Of a DNA stretch of 64,000 bases, positions 59,959 through 64,000 are shown piece after piece. A program made the position numbers and the translations under genes. This DNA comes from Candidatus Bruticola sp. (GTDB taxonomy: Bacteria; Vulcanimicrobiota; Xenobia; Xenobiales; Xenobiaceae): positions 32,001 through 96,000 of the forward strand of contig JBJEGD010000004.1 in assembly GCA_051874735.1 (NCBI GenBank). The letters are read 5' to 3'. The notes under the pieces are model-generated. The model had not been told where the DNA came from and did not search any database. It was given only the letters and a program-made list of their open reading frames with translations. Numbering within the stretch: the first letter of the stretch is position 1; every line of letters starts with the position of its first letter.

Positions 59959-61446
59959 ATGACAATGATGACTTCAACCCAGATGAATCAGATGGTTCTC
60001 AATAATTATCAGCAGCAGGCTGCCGAGAGCCAAGAAAAGAAATCCATGTTTGGAAAAATTCTGGGCGGATTAGCTGGTGGTGTTACCGGATTTCTCGTTG
60101 GAGGTCCAGTTGGAGCTGTTGTTGGTGCTGGTGCCGGTGTAGCTGCCGCAAAGGGTGCTGAGACAGTTTTTTCTACTGAAAAGGGCGGTAAGGTCGGCGG
60201 CGGTGTAACCGGCGGTTTAGTTGGAGCTGCTCTGGGCGGTCCTATTGGTGCCGGTATTGGTGCCCTGATTGGCTCTAAGATCGGAGGCAATGTCGGCTCT
60301 AAAAATGAAGCTACCAATAATTTCATCAATAGCGGCAGTTACAGCTGCTATCCTTCTCTCGGTCAGGGAATGAATGGTCTCGGCACTGCCGGATTCTACA
60401 GTCAGATGCCTGGCATGTACAATAATGGCAGAAATATAAATTACAATGGCACTATATTTGGCGATAGTGCTGTTCGCTTCGGTGGCAATGGCAACGATAC
60501 TATTCGTATGAATGGCGGTTTCGGTAAAGATGTGATTAGCTCTTACGGAGGCCGTGGCAATGATTATATGGTTAGTTCTGGTGGTTACGGCAACGATCGT
60601 ATTCGTATGAGTGGCGGCAGTGGTAACGATTATATGGTAGGTCAGGGCGGTGCCGGTCGCGACTATATCAACATGAATGGCGGTTCTGGTCGCGATTTTA
60701 TGGTTGCTGAGGGTGGATCCGGGCGCGACTATATCAACATGAACGGTGGTTCTGGACGCGATGTCATGATCGCTAACGGCGGTTCTGGTCGCGACTTCAT
60801 CAACATGAATGGCGGCTCTGGCGATGATATTATGATCGCTTCCGGCGGCTCTGGTAAAGACAGAGTTCGTATGAGTGGTGGCACTGGAAATGATAAGATG
60901 TACTATCAGGTTGGTTCTGGCAAGGACAGAGTGACCATTGACGGCGGCGAAGGCAACAGGGATCGCTTTACCATGCAGGTTAAACCTGAAGACAATGTTA
61001 CTGTTTTAGATAAAGATGGTAACGTCCTCTACAAGCAAGGTAACGGCGGTACTGTTGTTACCGTAGATAATATCAACCAGTTCAGCGTTGTTGGCCAGAA
61101 TGGAGAGCCGGTTTTCTCCGCTGCTAATAATGGTAATGGCTTCCAGGCTGTTCCCGCTGGCATTTTTGAAGTGATGGATGCTTTCCAGGCTGGCGGTATG
61201 TACGGTAACATGGGTGGCATGTACGGCAACATGGGCGGCATGTACGGTAACATGGGCGGCATGTACGGTAACATGGGTGGCATGTATGGCAACATGGGCG
61301 GCATGTACGGTAACATGGGTGGCATGTATGGCAACATGGGCGGTATGTATGGTGGTAGTATAATGCCCTTCTATGGCTATAATGGAGTCTTCTCTGGAAG
61401 CGAAGCTCTCATGGGCTACCAGAACAACCAGTTCTACGGCTTCTAA
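59959..61446 (+). CDS. Glycine-zipper protein 3 with RTX-like GGxGxD repeats and a GGMYGNM tail
   Basis: Zipper N-terminus, about 13 GGxGxD units and a heptapeptide tandem repeat. Confidence 0.8.
   Translation: MTMMTSTQMNQMVLNNYQQQAAESQEKKSMFGKILGGLAGGVTGFLVGGPVGAVVGAGAGVAAAKGAETVFSTEKGGKVGGGVTGGLVGAALGGPIGAGIGALIGSKIGGNVGSKNEATNNFINSGSYSCYPSLGQGMNGLGTAGFYSQMPGMYNNGRNINYNGTIFGDSAVRFGGNGNDTIRMNGGFGKDVISSYGGRGNDYMVSSGGYGNDRIRMSGGSGNDYMVGQGGAGRDYINMNGGSGRDFMVAEGGSGRDYINMNGGSGRDVMIANGGSGRDFINMNGGSGDDIMIASGGSGKDRVRMSGGTGNDKMYYQVGSGKDRVTIDGGEGNRDRFTMQVKPEDNVTVLDKDGNVLYKQGNGGTVVTVDNINQFSVVGQNGEPVFSAANNGNGFQAVPAGIFEVMDAFQAGGMYGNMGGMYGNMGGMYGNMGGMYGNMGGMYGNMGGMYGNMGGMYGNMGGMYGGSIMPFYGYNGVFSGSEALMGYQNNQFYGF
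61192..61353 (+). repeat. 21-bp coding tandem repeat, GGMYGNM x7 plus a partial unit
   Basis: GGYGGYATGTAYGGYAACATG units differing only at synonymous sites. Confidence 0.95.
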
Positions 61447-61536
61447 AAAATTCTTAATATAGGTGATAATCGGACTTCATTAAGTTGCTCTGTCCATTGA
61501 AGTTTTCTTTGAAGTTCGGTTCCCGTTTATAAATAT

Positions 61537-61596
61537 AAAAGGGTCTCAGCCATTTTAGTTTGCAGCTCCATTCTAAAATGGGTGAGACTTTTTTTT
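61537..61596 (+). terminator. Terminator after the glycine-zipper cluster
   Basis: GTCTCA.CCATTTTAG / CTAAAATGG.TGAGAC plus T run. Confidence 0.75.
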
Positions 61597-61725
61597 ACCT
61601 CTTTTATTTATAGTTTTTCAGAAGGGTTAAAGTTGATTGTCTCTAAAAACTGAGTCGCTTTAGGGCAGTGATAGTATATAAGTCCTGACTAGTCTCGATG
61701 CTTACTTCTTGCAGAAATAGTAAAT

Positions 61726-62553
61726 ATGATGGAAATAAAGTCTATATTTAAATGTTGTATTTTAGGTTGTGGTAAAATGGGGGAAGCTATTTTAAAGGCT
61801 ATTCTCAGTAAAGAAGTGTTTTCTGCTGATGAATTGGCCGTTGTTGAAGCCGATTCTCAAACTAGAGATAGAATAGAAAAAAAGTATCAGGTTTCGGTGT
61901 TCGATGATTGCTGTAGAGCTGCTTGGGCTAGTGATATTGTTGTTTTAGCTGTTAAGCCCAATGTTGTGGGGGCAGTCGCTCAAAAATTGGGGCATAAGCT
62001 TAGAGAAGAACAGCTTCTTATAAGTATTGCTGCTGGAGTAACTCTTGAGCAGTTGATGATAATGTTCGGCAGTAAGCGGGTTGTGCGGGTTATGCCTAAT
62101 TTAGCGGCCCAAATTTCCCAGGCCGCTTCTGTATGGACGGCTGCGGCTGATCTGGATGAATTGAGTAAAAATAAAGTCTTAAAAATACTCTGTTCTATTG
62201 GAAAAGCTGTTTATGTAGATAATGATAATTTAATTGATGTTGGTACCGCTGTGTCTGGCTCCGGACCGGCTTATTTGTATTTATTTATGGAAGCTTTAAC
62301 TGATGCAGGAGTCCGTTTAGGATTAACGAGGCAGCAGGCGACAGAACTTACTTTGAATATGGTGCATGGAGCTGTTTCGTTAGCTGCCGAGAGCGGTCAA
62401 TCTTTCAGTGATTTGCGTTATAAAGTTACTACTCCTGGAGGAACAACAGCTGAGGCGGTCAGCTGCTTAGAAAAGGGAGCTTTCAGAGCCGTTATTGATG
62501 AAGCTGTCAATGCTTGTTGGGAGAAGAGCCGTCAATTATCCAAACTTAATTAG
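61726..62553 (+). CDS. proC: Pyrroline-5-carboxylate reductase
   Basis: GCGKMG, LAVKP, VRVMPN, SGSGPAY and VTTPGGTT. Confidence 0.97.
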   Translation: MMEIKSIFKCCILGCGKMGEAILKAILSKEVFSADELAVVEADSQTRDRIEKKYQVSVFDDCCRAAWASDIVVLAVKPNVVGAVAQKLGHKLREEQLLISIAAGVTLEQLMIMFGSKRVVRVMPNLAAQISQAASVWTAAADLDELSKNKVLKILCSIGKAVYVDNDNLIDVGTAVSGSGPAYLYLFMEALTDAGVRLGLTRQQATELTLNMVHGAVSLAAESGQSFSDLRYKVTTPGGTTAEAVSCLEKGAFRAVIDEAVNACWEKSRQLSKLN

Positions 62554-62627
62554 ATCTTTTTAGAAAATCTCATAGGCCATAATCTTGATCGCCTAATTAG
62601 AGGTGTAATATCAGAATTCTCAGCAAT

Positions 62628-63416
62628 TTGACTTTGGGACAGTATGTACCCGGAAATAGCTTTCTACATAGATTAGATCCCAGAACAAAATTAGTTATAG
62701 TAGCTATGGCCATGTTGGCTATTTTTTGTCTTGATAATCCGATCTGCCTTTTGTCTGTCGGTTTAATTTCTTTGCTTTTGGGCATGGCTGCCAAATTAAA
62801 AGTCGGTTTCATGCTGCGGGGACTGCGTTTAGTTTGGCTGTTTGCTTTTTTTTCTCTTGTTTTTAATATGTTTTTGGTGCCAGGAGATGTGTGCTTCTCC
62901 ATTGCCGGTTGGGAAGTTACTTATCAGGGAATTTGGCGCGGCTTAGCTATGGGGCTTCGACTAGTGATTCTCGTTTTGCTAACTTCTATACTGTCTTTAA
63001 CCACTTCTCCTATTATGCTGACTGATGGTATGGAAAAGCTACTTTCTCCGGGACAGTATTTAGGCATTCCGACCCATGAACTAGCTATGGTTTCCACCAT
63101 AGCTCTGCGCTTTGTTCCTACTTTGGCTCAAGAGATGGAAACTATTATTAAAGTTCAGCTGGCCAGAGGAGCCTCTCTTGACAGGGGAAGCCTAATCCAG
63201 AGAGCAAGAGCACTGCTTCCTATTATGATTCCACTTTTTGTCAGTGCTTTTCGTCATGCTGAAGATTTGGCTTGGGCTATGGAAGCGCGCTGTTACAGAG
63301 GAGGGCAGGGAAGAACCCGTTTGCATGAATTGCATTTAGGATTAGCTGATGTAATCGCCGTTATGGCCATTGCCGCATTATTTATATTTTTTAAAGTATT
63401 GGAATATCATATCTAA
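62628..63416 (+). CDS. ecfT: ECF transporter transmembrane component T (true start may be slightly upstream)
   Basis: LGQYVPGNSFLHRLDPRTK, IALRFVPT, ARG and AMEARCY. Confidence 0.95.
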   Translation: MTLGQYVPGNSFLHRLDPRTKLVIVAMAMLAIFCLDNPICLLSVGLISLLLGMAAKLKVGFMLRGLRLVWLFAFFSLVFNMFLVPGDVCFSIAGWEVTYQGIWRGLAMGLRLVILVLLTSILSLTTSPIMLTDGMEKLLSPGQYLGIPTHELAMVSTIALRFVPTLAQEMETIIKVQLARGASLDRGSLIQRARALLPIMIPLFVSAFRHAEDLAWAMEARCYRGGQGRTRLHELHLGLADVIAVMAIAALFIFFKVLEYHI

Positions 63417-64000
63417 TGAAAGAAAATAGGGGAAATATTGTTTACAGAGTTGATATAAGTTACGACGGCACCGCTTTTTCAGGATTTCAAAGTCAAGCTA
63501 AAGCCAAAGAAATAGTTACTATACAAGATATTTTGGAAGAAAAACTGCGTTTTGTTTTTGCTGAACCTATTTCTATTAGGGTTGCCGGTCGTACTGATGC
63601 TGGTGTACATGCTTTAAGGCAGGTTTTTTCTTTTCGCACTGAGGTAAACCGCTCGGAAGAAGTTCTTTTTAAGGCTTTAAATTCGCTACTTCCGGATACA
63701 ATTAAAATTCTTAGCGTCAGCAAAGAGCCGACTTCATTTCATGCTCGTTTTACAGCTAGAGCTAGAACTTACGAATATCTCATTAAAGATGAATCCGATG
63801 TGGACCCTTTCTTTCGCGATCGTATTCTTTATGTTAAACAAAAACTAAATTTGGAAGCTATGCGCTCCGCTGCCCAATATTTAATAGGAAGTCATAATTT
63901 TGCTACTTTTGGCTCTCAAGTCCCTAAAGATGAACCTACTATTAGAAGAATGGAAAGTATTACGATTAGTGAGAGCCATGTTGAGGGCCCTGGACCTTTT
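63416..64000 (+). CDS. truA: tRNA pseudouridine(38-40) synthase TruA, 3'-truncated (absent from the ORF track)
   Basis: ATG overlaps the ecfT stop; YDGTAFSGFQSQ, AGRTDAGVHA and FHARF motifs. Confidence 0.96.
   Translation, partial: MKENRGNIVYRVDISYDGTAFSGFQSQAKAKEIVTIQDILEEKLRFVFAEPISIRVAGRTDAGVHALRQVFSFRTEVNRSEEVLFKALNSLLPDTIKILSVSKEPTSFHARFTARARTYEYLIKDESDVDPFFRDRILYVKQKLNLEAMRSAAQYLIGSHNFATFGSQVPKDEPTIRRMESITISESHVEGPGPF

Noticed and set aside
58175-60329. Pro/Thr-rich antisense ORFs over the glycine-zipper genes
   Set aside because: Reverse complement of Gly/Val codons; ribosome-binding sites and terminators support the plus strand
61029-61363. 21-bp repeat as a CRISPR array, or the MLPYMPP and WVACT ORFs
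   Set aside because: No spacers or cas genes; variation is synonymous only in the GGMYGNM frame

Overview
Chromosomal window from a probably anaerobic, diderm, Terrabacteria-type bacterium. Supporting signs are the TolC/RND pump, the rplQ-ecfA-ecfA-ecfT-truA gene order and the GGGtGRT/NifU-like pair; the lipoprotein and glycine-zipper styles suggest to me Ca. Eremiobacterota/Xenobia, which is inference only. Positions 1-32.5 kb are accessory and housekeeping genes: a BspA-LRR protein with a PD-(D/E)xK-like nuclease, two exported cyclophilins, a histidine phosphatase, three tandem signal-peptide-less coiled-coil GH73+CHAP peptidoglycan hydrolases, an Ig-like lipoprotein, GGGtGRT/NifU-like genes, an RND/TolC/TetR operon, AlkD and a two-component system. 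Positions 32.7-54.8 kb hold the str/S10/spc/alpha ribosomal cluster. It lacks rpmD and infA and is broken by unusually long structured spacers, internal terminators and promoters, including a roughly 800-nt ORF-free rpsG-fusA spacer. Positions 54.9-64 kb hold ECF genes interrupted by a GT4 glycosyltransferase, three paralogous glycine-zipper genes (one with 11-residue RTX-like repeats), proC and a partial truA. The best candidate for a novel system is the hydrolase triad, possibly together with the glycine-zipper triad, as non-Sec-exported antibacterial or predation effectors with a shared promoter motif. I saw no tRNA, rRNA, CRISPR array or transposase.
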